Assembly (NCBI GenBank): GCA_002257025.1
Contig: NCHA01000014.1
Span: 4,669-68,668, forward strand
Direction of reading: 5' to 3'
DNA: 64,000 bases
From: Sphingobacteriales bacterium 16-39-50
GTDB lineage: Bacteria; Bacteroidota; Bacteroidia; Sphingobacteriales; Sphingobacteriaceae
Part shown: positions 39,456 through 49,287 of the stretch, piece after piece
How the letters are laid out: each line of letters starts with the position of its first letter
Numbering within the stretch: the first letter of the stretch is position 1
Translations under genes and position numbers: made by a program
The notes under the pieces: generated by a model
The model's database searches: none
What the model was told of the DNA's origin: nothing
What the model saw: only the letters and a program-made list of their open reading frames with translations

Positions 39456-39914
39456 TTATTTTTTGTTTACATTTTCAATTTCCCTGTCCATTATTTCCAG
39501 GGCACTTTCAAAGTATTTTCCTAAGATGTTTAATTCTGAAATACTGAATGAGGAGAAAAGTTCGTCAGTACTATCCTGAAAATCCTTGTAAACTGGTGTA
39601 ATCAGTTTCGTTATTTTTTCAATGTTGGGGATTATGATTATTTTCCTTCTGTCCGTTTTATCGGATTGCCTTTTCACAAGTTTTTTGCTCTCAAACCTAT
39701 CTATTAAACCTGTAACAGCACCTGTCGACAATCCTGTAAGTACAGCAAGTTCCCCCGCAGTCATTTGTCCTTTTTGGATTAAGAAGCCCAGGTATTTATG
39801 ATCCGTTCCAATAAGTCCAATTTTTCTCCCGATGCTTTCATGAAGTTGTATAGAGGTATAAGCATATCGCTGGCTCAATTTCCTCATCCTGATAATTTCT
39901 TCTGCCGGATTCAT
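39456..39914 (-). CDS. MarR-family transcriptional regulator
   Basis: MTAGELAVLTGLSTGAVTGLIDRFE...DRR winged HTH; 14 bp upstream of arr. Confidence 0.88.
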   Translation of the reverse strand: MNPAEEIIRMRKLSQRYAYTSIQLHESIGRKIGLIGTDHKYLGFLIQKGQMTAGELAVLTGLSTGAVTGLIDRFESKKLVKRQSDKTDRRKIIIIPNIEKITKLITPVYKDFQDSTDELFSSFSISELNILGKYFESALEIMDREIENVNKK

Positions 39915-39931
39915 ATTACTTAGTTATTAAA

Positions 39932-39974
39932 TATCTTAGTCACAAAGATAATTGAAATTTCAATAGCTACCAAA
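39932..39974 (-). promoter_or_regulatory. Bacteroidota housekeeping promoter of marR-arr with two palindromic operators
   Basis: TTTG-N20-TATCTTTG; palindromes TATCTT-N7-AAGATA (39932-39950) and ATTGAAATTTCAAT (39951-39964). Confidence 0.7.
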
Positions 39975-40109
39975 AATTAGCTTTAGAAGCTATGTAACTT
40001 TGAATATGGTTTTCACCTCTGCTGAGTCCGTTTTAACATGATCGCTAACTTACTTATAGAAGAAATAAACCATATAGAGGATACTCTACAGAAATAAGGC
40101 TGAGCACAG

Positions 40110-40145
40110 AAAAAAACCCCTCAGAAATTAATCTGAAGGGTTTTT
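40110..40145. terminator. Intrinsic terminator downstream of tRNA-Val
   Basis: A7-CCCCTCAGA-AATTAA-TCTGAAGGG-T5. Confidence 0.8.
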
Positions 40146-40182
40146 GCCGATGACCTCCTTCGCTGAAGCTCCGGCGGTCGCG

Positions 40183-40257
40183 TGGGAAATACTGGGTTCG
40201 AACCAGCGACCCCTACCTTGTCGAGGTAGTGCTCTAAACCAGCTGAGCTAATTTCCC
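40183..40257 (-). tRNA. tRNA-Val(GAC)
   Basis: GGGAAATTAGCTCAGCTGG...CTACC-TCGACAA-GGTAG...GGTTCGAACCC...TTTCCCA; TAGATTTG promoter element at 40269-40276. Confidence 0.95.
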
Positions 40258-40312
40258 GGTTCAGGCCTCAAATCTATAAAAATTGAAGGATTTCATTCCG
40301 AAATAAATATTT

Positions 40313-41365
40313 CTATCTCAAATCATCATTGATTTCAGCCAAAACTGCCGCTCCAGGACAGAGATCTGCTTCTTCAAGGGTATTTAATGGCCGGTCGGTT
40401 GAGTTTATCGTATGATGCAAATCTTCGGTTTCAGTTTCGATGTACAATAAACCGGTCAGGATCTCATTCCTGTTCCGGGCATTCCGCAGCGCATTCATCG
40501 CTTCCATTCTGTTAAAAGGATCGCGGTTAGCTGCCAGTTTTTCCAGTTTGATAAAGGTGCCGTCATGTAGCATCACTTCGGTACCGGTACCTGATTCATA
40601 ACTAGCCAATATCTCAGATTTCTCAGGAACAAGGTCGGTTTTGCCTGTCGCTTCGATATGCTCACGTACGTAATCATATGATTTTGTTGAGCCGGGATTA
40701 TTATTGAACGTTACGCACGGTGAAATTACATTGATAAATGCAAATCCCGGGTGACTTACCGCCGCTTTAATCAGCGGAACCAATTGTTCCTTATCTCCCG
40801 AAAAACTTTGTGCAACGAAACTTGCACCAAGTTCAAGCGCCAGTCCGGCAAGATCAATTGGCTGGAATGGGTTCACAGAGCCTGCTTTGCTCTTTGAACC
40901 TGCATCAGCAGTAGCCGAATCCTGGCCTTTGGTCAATCCGTAGCAGCCATTGTTCATCACAATATAAACCATGTTCAGATTACGGCGGATCACATGAACA
41001 AACTGCCCCATACCAATCGAAGCCGTATCCCCATCACCTGAAACACCCATATAAATCAGGTCACGGTTTGCCATATTGGCGCCGGTAGCGACCGAAGGCA
41101 TTCTGCCGTGTACTGAGTTAAACCCATGCGAATTCCCGAGGAAGTAGTTTGGCGTCTTTGAAGAGCAGCCTATACCTGATAATTTGGCAATCCGATGAGG
41201 CGGAATCGACAACTCAAAACAAGCCTGAAGAATACTTCCACTGATCGAGTCATGTCCGCAGCCGGCACATAAAGTTGAAAGCGAACCTTCATATTCCCTG
41301 GTAGTATATCCAAGATCATTTTTAGGCAGATCGGGATGGCGGAATTTAGGGCGTATATATGTCAT
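40313..41365 (-). CDS. korB: 2-oxoacid:ferredoxin oxidoreductase beta subunit
   Basis: CAGCGH, SGIGCSSK, SGDGD TPP-binding motif, NNGCYGLTKGQ, SPCVTFN. Confidence 0.88.
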   Translation of the reverse strand: MTYIRPKFRHPDLPKNDLGYTTREYEGSLSTLCAGCGHDSISGSILQACFELSIPPHRIAKLSGIGCSSKTPNYFLGNSHGFNSVHGRMPSVATGANMANRDLIYMGVSGDGDTASIGMGQFVHVIRRNLNMVYIVMNNGCYGLTKGQDSATADAGSKSKAGSVNPFQPIDLAGLALELGASFVAQSFSGDKEQLVPLIKAAVSHPGFAFINVISPCVTFNNNPGSTKSYDYVREHIEATGKTDLVPEKSEILASYESGTGTEVMLHDGTFIKLEKLAANRDPFNRMEAMNALRNARNRNEILTGLLYIETETEDLHHTINSTDRPLNTLEEADLCPGAAVLAEINDDLR

Positions 41366-43197
41366 GACAGTATTTTACTGGTTGCACCATTCAGTGCAGG
41401 TGATAAATTTTTATTAATTAGCGTCATGATCGCATGCGCTGTGATTGGCATCCCATCATAATTGAGAATCGGGATCATTTTCTGAGGATCAACATTGAGC
41501 TCATTGATCAGCAGACTACGCATTTGTCCGTCGCGGTTTTGCTCAATAATAAATACCTTTTCGTGTGTATGAATAAAGTCTTCTACCATTTGGTTGAACG
41601 GAAATGCCCTCAGCCTCATCGCATCAAAATTAATTCCGGTCGCTGCCATGGTTTCCATTGCCTCTTCTGCTGAGTACGTCGAAGTCCCAAAGAAAATCAA
41701 ACCAAAGGCACTCTTATTTTCCTTTTGATAGAGATATGGAGCAGGTACCATATCTTTTGCTGTATTCCATTTCTTCAGCAGGCGATCCATATTTCGTGCA
41801 TAAACACGCCCATCCTCGGTATAAGCCGCGTATTCATCCCTCGAAGTACCTCGTGTAAAGAAGGAGCCTTTGGTTGGATGTGTTCCCGGAATTGTGCGGT
41901 ACGTAATTCCGTCACCGTCCACATCGAGATAACGTCCAAAACGCGGCAAATCTTCTAACTGACTCGCATTAAGGATTTTACCACGATTGTATTTCCGGGT
42001 ATCATCCCAATGAAAAGGTTCAGACATATGATCGTTCATTCCCAGATCGAGGTCGGTCATCATAATGATTGGTGTTTGTAAAGACTCTGCCAGATCAAGA
42101 GCTTCAGCAGTCATTTCGAAACATTCTTTCGGGGTTGAAGGGAATACCAAAACCTGTTTTGTATCGCCATGCGAAGCATAAGCCGCCAATAAAATATCCG
42201 ATTGCTGGGTTCTAGTTGGCATCCCGGTCGAGGGGCCGGTACGCTGTACATCAATCAGTACGGTTGGAATTTCTGCGAAATAAGCAAGTCCGAGGAATTC
42301 ATTCATCAAAGAAAGACCCGGGCCACTGGTAGCCGTGAATGAACGTGCGCCATTCCAGTTTGCACCTATTACCATCCCGATTGCGGCAAGTTCGTCTTCA
42401 GCCTGCACGATCGCATAATTGCGTTTTCCTGTTTCCTTATCAACCCTTAATTTTTTTGCATAGATCTCGAATGCCTCAACCACAGAGGTTGATGGCGTAA
42501 TTGGATACCAGGCCACGACTGTTGCACCGCCATAGACAGCACCAAGTCCGCAGGCTGAATTACCATCGATCAGAATCTTATCACCAACCAGATCGCGTCT
42601 TTCCAGGCGAATATCAAGAGGATAGGCATAATTGCTGTGAATGTAGGAAATACCCAAATTCAGAGCTTTGATATTCATCGCAACCAGCTTCTCCTTACCT
42701 ACAAACTGCTCGGCAAGTAATTGTTCCAGAACCGAAAATTCGATATCAAGCAAAGCCGACAGTGCTCCAACGTAGATGATGTTTTTAAACAATTGACGCT
42801 GCCGCGGATCAGTGAATTCACGCAGACACATTTCCATCAGCGGAAGTCCGATATAAGTCACATCGGGCCGGATTAATGCAGGATTCAGTGCCTTGGTACA
42901 ATCATAGATGAAATATCCACCGCTTTTCACTGAAAGTACATCATCAGGCATACTTTGAGGGTTCACACAAACCATTAGGTCTACCCCTTCCCTACGACCG
43001 AGATAACCCTTTTCACTCACCCTGACATCATACCAGGTTGGTAGTCCCTGTATATTTGACGGAAATATATTTTTAGGAGTAACGGGGATTCCCATCCGAA
43101 AAATAGCTTTTGCAAACAAATAATTTGCGCTCGCAGACCCTGTACCATTGACATTCGCAAAACGAATGACAAAATCATTAACTTTTGAATTAGGCAT
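41362..43197 (-). CDS. korA: 2-oxoacid:acceptor oxidoreductase alpha subunit (with fused gamma domain)
   Basis: NGTGSAS, WYPITPS, QAEDELAA, TATSGPG, QRTGPSTGMPT. Confidence 0.88.
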   Translation of the reverse strand: MPNSKVNDFVIRFANVNGTGSASANYLFAKAIFRMGIPVTPKNIFPSNIQGLPTWYDVRVSEKGYLGRREGVDLMVCVNPQSMPDDVLSVKSGGYFIYDCTKALNPALIRPDVTYIGLPLMEMCLREFTDPRQRQLFKNIIYVGALSALLDIEFSVLEQLLAEQFVGKEKLVAMNIKALNLGISYIHSNYAYPLDIRLERRDLVGDKILIDGNSACGLGAVYGGATVVAWYPITPSTSVVEAFEIYAKKLRVDKETGKRNYAIVQAEDELAAIGMVIGANWNGARSFTATSGPGLSLMNEFLGLAYFAEIPTVLIDVQRTGPSTGMPTRTQQSDILLAAYASHGDTKQVLVFPSTPKECFEMTAEALDLAESLQTPIIMMTDLDLGMNDHMSEPFHWDDTRKYNRGKILNASQLEDLPRFGRYLDVDGDGITYRTIPGTHPTKGSFFTRGTSRDEYAAYTEDGRVYARNMDRLLKKWNTAKDMVPAPYLYQKENKSAFGLIFFGTSTYSAEEAMETMAATGINFDAMRLRAFPFNQMVEDFIHTHEKVFIIEQNRDGQMRSLLINELNVDPQKMIPILNYDGMPITAHAIMTLINKNLSPALNGATSKILS

Positions 43198-43200
43198 TTC

Positions 43201-44970
43201 TTAACCTGCTTTGGTAACTTTATATAAATATTGCTGCATATCCCATGCAGATGTCGGGCAACGCTCAGCACACAAGCCGCAGTGCAGGCAAACGTCTTCA
43301 TCTTTTACCATCACCCTTTGGGTAGGGAGTGTATCAGATACATAGAGGTCCTGAGTTATATTTAAAGCCGGAGCTTTGAGTCGTGTCCGTAAATCATTTT
43401 CTTCCCCATTTAAAGTAAATGTGATACAGGAAGTCGGACAAATATCAACGCATGCATCGCACTCGATACATTTATCTTTTTCAAATACGGTTTGTACATC
43501 GCAATTCAGACAGCGGTGAGCTTCCTTAATTGCAGTTTGAATATCAAAACCCAGCTCAACTTCCAGTTTGCGATCAGAAAGAGCAGCTTTCTTTTCAGCC
43601 TGAGGAACAATAAAACGCTGGTCATTAACCACATCATTATCATAGCTCCACTCATGGATTCCCATTTTCTTGGATACCAGATTTGTAAATGGTGCCGGGC
43701 GATCAGTCAAAGCCTCCCCCCTGCAATGCAAATCTATGGAGATCGCTGCCTGATGCCCGTGAGCAACAGCCGTGATCACATTTTTAGGTCCGAAAGCCGC
43801 ATCACCACCAAAGAAAACGCGCTGATTAGTCGACTGATGAGTTAATGCATCAACAAGCGGCATTCCCCACTGATCAAAATCAATACCCGTATTCTTTTCA
43901 ATCCATGGGAAACTGTTTTGCTGACCAACAGCGACAAGCACATCATCGGCTTCAATAAATACCTCTGGCTCGCCTGATGGAACAAGACTGCGTTTGCCCT
44001 GATCATCATAAACTGCTTTTACTTTTTCAAAGGTCATCCCGACCAGTTTGCCATTTTCGATCACATACGTTTTTGGCACATGATTCTCAAAAATCGGAAT
44101 ATCTTCATGCATTGCATCCTCAATCTCCCATGGGGAGGCTTTCATCTCTGCAAAGGGACTCCTAACAACTACCTTCACCTCTTCACCACCAAGACGGCGG
44201 GAAGTACGGCAGCAATCCATGGCAGTATTTCCACCTCCCAATACGATCACTTTCTTACCGATTTTATGGGTATGCTCGAAAGCTACGCTTGCAAGCCATT
44301 CTATTCCGACATGCACGTTTTTACCGGCTTCTTCGCGTCCGGGTAATATTAAATCGCGACCTCTCGGAGCACCTGTACCAACAAATACCGCGTCGTATCC
44401 TTTTTCAAGAATTTCGTTCATGCTGGATACATAAGTATTAAAATGGGTATGGATTCCCATTTCGAGAATATATCCTACTTCTTCGTTCAATACATCATCG
44501 GGTAACCTGAAGGAAGGGATCTGACTGCGCATCATTCCCCCACCTGCAGCATGTTCATCATAGAGATGAATCTCGTATCCCAATGGGGCAAGATCGCGGG
44601 CAACGGTTAGGGATGCTGGTCCGCCACCGATCAAAGCAATGCGTTTTCCATTCATTTCTGAAGGAATACCGGGCATGAATGACCTGACATCGTCCTTATT
44701 ATCAGCAGCTACCCGCTTTAGCCGGCAAATTGCAACAGGCTCTTCTTCAATTCTACCACGTCGGCATGCTGGTTCACAGGGACGATCACAGGTTCGCCCG
44801 AGTACCCCGGGGAAAACATTCGATTCCCAATTGATCATATATGCCTCAGTATATTTTCCTGCTGAGATCAACCTGATGTATTCAGGTACCGGAGTATGTG
44901 CGGGGCAGGCATATTGACAGTCCACAACTTTGTGGAAGTATTCCGGATTTTTGGTATCTGTTGGTTTCAA
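43201..44970 (-). CDS. GltD-like FAD/NAD(P) oxidoreductase with C-terminal 2x[4Fe-4S] ferredoxin domain (KorC-like)
   Basis: CQYACP, GRTCDRPCEPAC, GGGPAS, GGGNTAMD, then RCLNC, CIECDACVDICP, CLHCGLCAERCP. Confidence 0.85.
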   Translation of the reverse strand: MKPTDTKNPEYFHKVVDCQYACPAHTPVPEYIRLISAGKYTEAYMINWESNVFPGVLGRTCDRPCEPACRRGRIEEEPVAICRLKRVAADNKDDVRSFMPGIPSEMNGKRIALIGGGPASLTVARDLAPLGYEIHLYDEHAAGGGMMRSQIPSFRLPDDVLNEEVGYILEMGIHTHFNTYVSSMNEILEKGYDAVFVGTGAPRGRDLILPGREEAGKNVHVGIEWLASVAFEHTHKIGKKVIVLGGGNTAMDCCRTSRRLGGEEVKVVVRSPFAEMKASPWEIEDAMHEDIPIFENHVPKTYVIENGKLVGMTFEKVKAVYDDQGKRSLVPSGEPEVFIEADDVLVAVGQQNSFPWIEKNTGIDFDQWGMPLVDALTHQSTNQRVFFGGDAAFGPKNVITAVAHGHQAAISIDLHCRGEALTDRPAPFTNLVSKKMGIHEWSYDNDVVNDQRFIVPQAEKKAALSDRKLEVELGFDIQTAIKEAHRCLNCDVQTVFEKDKCIECDACVDICPTSCITFTLNGEENDLRTRLKAPALNITQDLYVSDTLPTQRVMVKDEDVCLHCGLCAERCPTSAWDMQQYLYKVTKAG

Positions 44971-45248
44971 CTAGCTATACAGTTCTTAAAGGATAAAAAT
45001 AATTTAAAATGAAACATCAATCTAATGGAAATTTACACTATTTTAATAGTATTTAATCTTTAATTTAACATATAATCTTTTTCAATTTCCCGCTGATTCC
45101 GTCAAAATTCATTGGAATCAATTATAAATTCCAACATCTTCAGGCAATCATAAAGTACCTGAATACCAAACTGATTGGTATGATCAATATCAGAAATAAA
45201 TAGAATGAAACAAATTTTATTGAATAGATAATTTTGGGCGCAAATTAA

Positions 45249-45721
45249 GTCCTCCCCCTGCTACCACACAAGGCCATATGCACACTCTCCAAAGGGGGAC
45301 AGCATGGTGCCCAGGAATTTGAGTTCAATGAAAATGATTATCTTAATAAGTATTCCAAATCATTAGAATCACCTTAATCACAAAAATCATAGTTCAGACA
45401 ATTTACGGGCCTCCTCACAACCCCTCTATCTCAGAAAGAGTGCTTTGGACCAAAAGAAAAGCTAAAAGCTGAAAGCGGGATTATTAATAATTGGAAAATA
45501 TTCAGCTTGGGTAAAATTTCTGGACGTCCAGTATCCGCCGCCGGCGGGGGAATAAAAGGGGGTGGTGGAAAAGATTTTTTTTCTGTAAAACTATTTTAGA
45601 ACAGCTATCGAATAAAACCTCCCCCAACCCCATCTCCCAAAGAGTCCTTTTGACCAAAAGAGGGTGGCATGGTTCCTATGAATTTGAGTTCAATGCAAAT
45701 TTTACTCTTGAATACTATTCC
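45249..45721. repeat. Nested direct and inverted extragenic repeats
   Basis: GCATGGT.CC.A.GAATTTGAGTTCAATG at 45302 and 45667; CCTC...CAACCCC...AGAGT.CTTT.GACCAAAAGA at 45410 and 45618; C-rich/G-rich hairpin arms. Confidence 0.65.
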
Positions 45722-45773
45722 CATACCAATTATAAATTTTATATTCAGTCCTGTTTGAAACTATAAAAACACC

Positions 45774-47234
45774 ATGATCAGAAAAATAAAAATTGGATTA
45801 ATCGCATTGTTAATATTCACTCTTAATCAATCCAGCACCCCTGTCAAAACTGTAGCACCTGTCGGTCCAAATATCATTCTGATCTTCATGGACGACATGG
45901 GTTATGGTGATCTTTCCTGTTATGGTGCGCTTGATATAAACACCCCGAATATTGACCGATTAGCCTCAGAAGGCATTCGTTTCACTAATTTCCTGTCTGC
46001 CCAAGCCGTTTGCAGCGCATCGCGTGCCGCAATTCTTACCGGTTGCTATCCTAACCGTGTAGGTATCTCAGGCGCATTATTTCCGGCTTCAGCCATTGGT
46101 TTAGCCAAAGAGGAGATGACTATTGCAGACCTCCTTAAACAGAAAAAATATGCCACAGGAATATTCGGCAAATGGCATCTTGGTGATTCCCCGGAGTTTC
46201 TGCCTCTGAATCAGGGCTTTGATGAATACCTGGGCATTCCCTACTCCAATGATATGTGGCCGGTTAATTTTGACGGTCAGCCTGCAAAACCCGGAACCAA
46301 TAAATACCGTTTCCCTCCTCTTCCATTGATTCGAAATTCTGCCCCTGTCGACACCATCAGTACCCTCGAAGATCAGGCTATGCTGACCAGTAAGCTGACA
46401 GACGAAGCCATCAGTTTCATCCGCAGGAATAAAAAGAGATCATTCTTTGCTTACATTCCGCATCCTATGCCCCATGTTCCGATCAATGCTTCTGCAGCAT
46501 TCAGGGGTAAAAGCAAGCAGGGATTGTATGGAGACATGATTCAGGAGGTTGACCATAACGTTGGAAGGATCATGGATGCACTCAAAAAAGAAGGTCTCGA
46601 AAAAAACACTATGGTAATTTTCACAAGCGATAATGGCCCTTGGTTAAATTTCGGAAACCATGCCGGAAATACTGCCGGTTTGAGAGAAGGTAAGGGTACT
46701 TCATTCGAAGGCGGGCAAAGAGTTCCATGTATAATGAGGTGGAAGGGTACCATTCCCGCTGGATTAGTATCCAACCAGTTAGCTTCCAGCATTGATCTTC
46801 TTCCTACAATTTCCAAACTAGCAGGGGTATCCCTCCCCGACAAAAAGATCGATGGCATTGACCTTGGAGAAATCTTAAAAGGCGACCTTCTGGCAAGTCC
46901 CAGAAGGAATTTTCTATATTATTACCGCAAAAATTCATTGGAGGCTGTCCGTCGTGATAACTGGAAACTTGTATTCGAACATCCTTCCCGTTCCTATATC
47001 GGTCAGGCACCCGGTGTTGATGGCTTTCCTGGTGCAGCACCCGAAAATGTGATCATGAAAGAGGCTCTTTACGACCTACGCAGAGATCCCGGTGAGCGTT
47101 ATGATGTGCAGGCCTATTTTCCGGAAATCGTAAAAGAATTAAAGACCCTTGCTGATCAGGCTAGAGAAGATCTGGGTGATGACCTGCAAAAGAAAGAGGG
47201 GACTAATAATCGCCTACCGGGAAAAGTTTTATAA
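45774..47234 (+). CDS. Secreted S1 sulfatase (arylsulfatase A-like)
   Basis: PNIILIFMDDMGYGD, CSASRAAILTG, GKWHLG, TSDNG. Confidence 0.9.
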   Translation: MIRKIKIGLIALLIFTLNQSSTPVKTVAPVGPNIILIFMDDMGYGDLSCYGALDINTPNIDRLASEGIRFTNFLSAQAVCSASRAAILTGCYPNRVGISGALFPASAIGLAKEEMTIADLLKQKKYATGIFGKWHLGDSPEFLPLNQGFDEYLGIPYSNDMWPVNFDGQPAKPGTNKYRFPPLPLIRNSAPVDTISTLEDQAMLTSKLTDEAISFIRRNKKRSFFAYIPHPMPHVPINASAAFRGKSKQGLYGDMIQEVDHNVGRIMDALKKEGLEKNTMVIFTSDNGPWLNFGNHAGNTAGLREGKGTSFEGGQRVPCIMRWKGTIPAGLVSNQLASSIDLLPTISKLAGVSLPDKKIDGIDLGEILKGDLLASPRRNFLYYYRKNSLEAVRRDNWKLVFEHPSRSYIGQAPGVDGFPGAAPENVIMKEALYDLRRDPGERYDVQAYFPEIVKELKTLADQAREDLGDDLQKKEGTNNRLPGKVL

Positions 47235-47268
47235 GTCTGATTTTTGCTGTGTAATGAAAAGCTATTTG

Positions 47269-47553
47269 GGGGGCCTCACCCTGAGTAAAGAACTACTAGT
47301 TTTGAATTAGTGCTGCCCTCCGCCCGAGGCGGAGAGGGTTTAAAGATTCAGTAACATCTCTTACTGTCATCCAGAGGAGCCAACGGGTATTCTTAATTTA
47401 ATGATGAGGCGAGGCGACGAAGGATCTCATGGCCAGGAGGATGATTTTGCTTCAATAGGACAGCTTGTTAGGGGGCCTCACCCTTTGTAAAGAAAGCTGG
47501 TTTCAAGTTTTGTGCTGCCCTCCGCCAAAGGCGGAGAGGGTTTAAAGATTCAG
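47269..47553. repeat. 83-bp direct repeat pair with hairpin, separated by a different REP-like unit
   Basis: Copies 47269-47351 and 47471-47553 (GGGGGCCTCACCCT...GCTGCCCTCCGCC-N4-GCGGAGAGGGTTTAAAGATTCAG); TGTCATCC...GCGACGAAGGATCTC at 47365-47428. Confidence 0.8.
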
Positions 47554-47561
47554 GCACACCA

Positions 47562-49130
47562 TCACCATGTCCCCTTATAAATATGGTCAAACTTTTTATC
47601 ACCAATCGGTTTTAAGGGAATATATAGACCCTGTGTATCCGAAAGCCAGTCCCAGAGCTTTTTGTTCAGATCCTTTGCCAGGTCCTGTAATTCAGGTCTG
47701 CGAATCAGATTATTCAATTCATAGGGATCCTGCTGAATGTCATACAACTGATCTATATCCCAAACTCCCTGGCTGCGAATGAATTTATATCGATCAGTTC
47801 GAACAGCATATTGTGTTGGTGTTTGGGGAAAAGGATTCTCCCAGTAATATTCATAAAACACTTCCTTCCTCCAGTTCTGCAAGGCATTTCCTTTCATCAA
47901 AGGCAAAAATGAAGTCCCCTGCATTTGTTTTGGCTTTTTAACTCCTGCCATTTCCAAAATACTTGGTGCAATGTCCACATTCAGCACCATTTCCTTCACC
48001 TTGGTTCCTGCTTTGATCAGTGCCGGCGAACGGGCGAGCAAAGGCACCCGCATCGACTCTTCATAGGCATGTCGCTTATCGATCAGACCATGTTCTCCAA
48101 ATGAAAAACCATTATCTCCCATGTAAATCACGAGGGTTTCCTTATCGAGACCATTAGCCTTTAGGTAATCAAGCACCCTGCCCACACTGTTATCCACCCC
48201 CATTAAAGTTTCGAGATAATCCACGTAAAATTTATCGAAATCGGTTTGACCATGATACATATAATCCACGCCATGCCAGCTGTAGCGCTGTGCTCTCACC
48301 CATTGTGGGATATCCTTATAATTAAAGATATATGCACTTGAATCCGCCTGGTCGCCACGATTAAATCGCTTACTATCCTTGCCGGCAGTTGAGAACATAG
48401 AAACCGGATATTGAATGCGGATATCCTTATACTTTCCCTTATCCCTTTTTGCCGGATAAAAATCAGCATGCACCGCTTTGTGCGACAGATAAACGAAAAA
48501 AGGCTTGCTTTTATCGCGTTTATCCAGCCATTCGAGCGTATAATTTGTAAGCACATCAGTAACATAGCTACTATCAGAATAATTAATCATCTTTCCATCG
48601 ACATTGATTTTGGGATTATAATAATCCCCCTGCCCGGCAAAACTCACCCAGCGGTTGAAACCCGGACGCGGATCGGCTCCACCCCCACCCATATGCCATT
48701 TCCCAAAAAAGGAAGTCTGGTAGCCTGCCTTCTGAAGGTATTGAGGAAAATAAATGAGTGAAGAAGGGGCTGATGCCTGATTATCAACTACCGTATGGGT
48801 ATGCGCATACTGTCCGGTTAAAATAGAAGCTCTGCTTGGAGAACAAAGTGCAGTGCTGACAAAAGCATTTTGAAAATGGGCACCTTCATTCGCAATCCGA
48901 TCCAGATTTGGAGTTTTTAAGCCCGGGACTTTGCCGGTAAAACCCATAAAATCATAGCGGTGATCATCAGAAAGAATGAAAATGATGTTACGAGCTTTTG
49001 TACCTGGAATGGCTTCATAACTTATGTTTTGGGGCTTTTGCGCGTAAACGGAAAAGGACAGGGAGTAAAATAATATGCCTGTCAAAATATTTTTATTGAT
49101 CATGCTGATGATTTTATATGCTGATTGCAA
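47562..49130 (-). CDS. Secreted S1 sulfatase (N-acetylglucosamine-6-sulfatase-like)
   Basis: ILSDDHRYD, CSPSRASILTG, GKWHMG, MGDNG, YEESMRVPL. Confidence 0.9.
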   Translation of the reverse strand: MQSAYKIISMINKNILTGILFYSLSFSVYAQKPQNISYEAIPGTKARNIIFILSDDHRYDFMGFTGKVPGLKTPNLDRIANEGAHFQNAFVSTALCSPSRASILTGQYAHTHTVVDNQASAPSSLIYFPQYLQKAGYQTSFFGKWHMGGGGADPRPGFNRWVSFAGQGDYYNPKINVDGKMINYSDSSYVTDVLTNYTLEWLDKRDKSKPFFVYLSHKAVHADFYPAKRDKGKYKDIRIQYPVSMFSTAGKDSKRFNRGDQADSSAYIFNYKDIPQWVRAQRYSWHGVDYMYHGQTDFDKFYVDYLETLMGVDNSVGRVLDYLKANGLDKETLVIYMGDNGFSFGEHGLIDKRHAYEESMRVPLLARSPALIKAGTKVKEMVLNVDIAPSILEMAGVKKPKQMQGTSFLPLMKGNALQNWRKEVFYEYYWENPFPQTPTQYAVRTDRYKFIRSQGVWDIDQLYDIQQDPYELNNLIRRPELQDLAKDLNKKLWDWLSDTQGLYIPLKPIGDKKFDHIYKGTW

Positions 49131-49287
49131 GAGATAAATATAATTAGCTGATTTCGATATTAATATAAACTAAAGATATGATTTAAGATGATTTTCCTCA
49201 CCTGGATCAAGGTCTCTGTATTTTGAAAACTTGTTGTTATGCACTTTTTAAATGGATTCTCTTTTTGAGCTAATACTACAGACATAC

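Noticed and set aside
45249-47553. CRISPR array
   Set aside because: Repeats occur only in pairs, with mismatches and 120-310 bp spacers; no cas genes.
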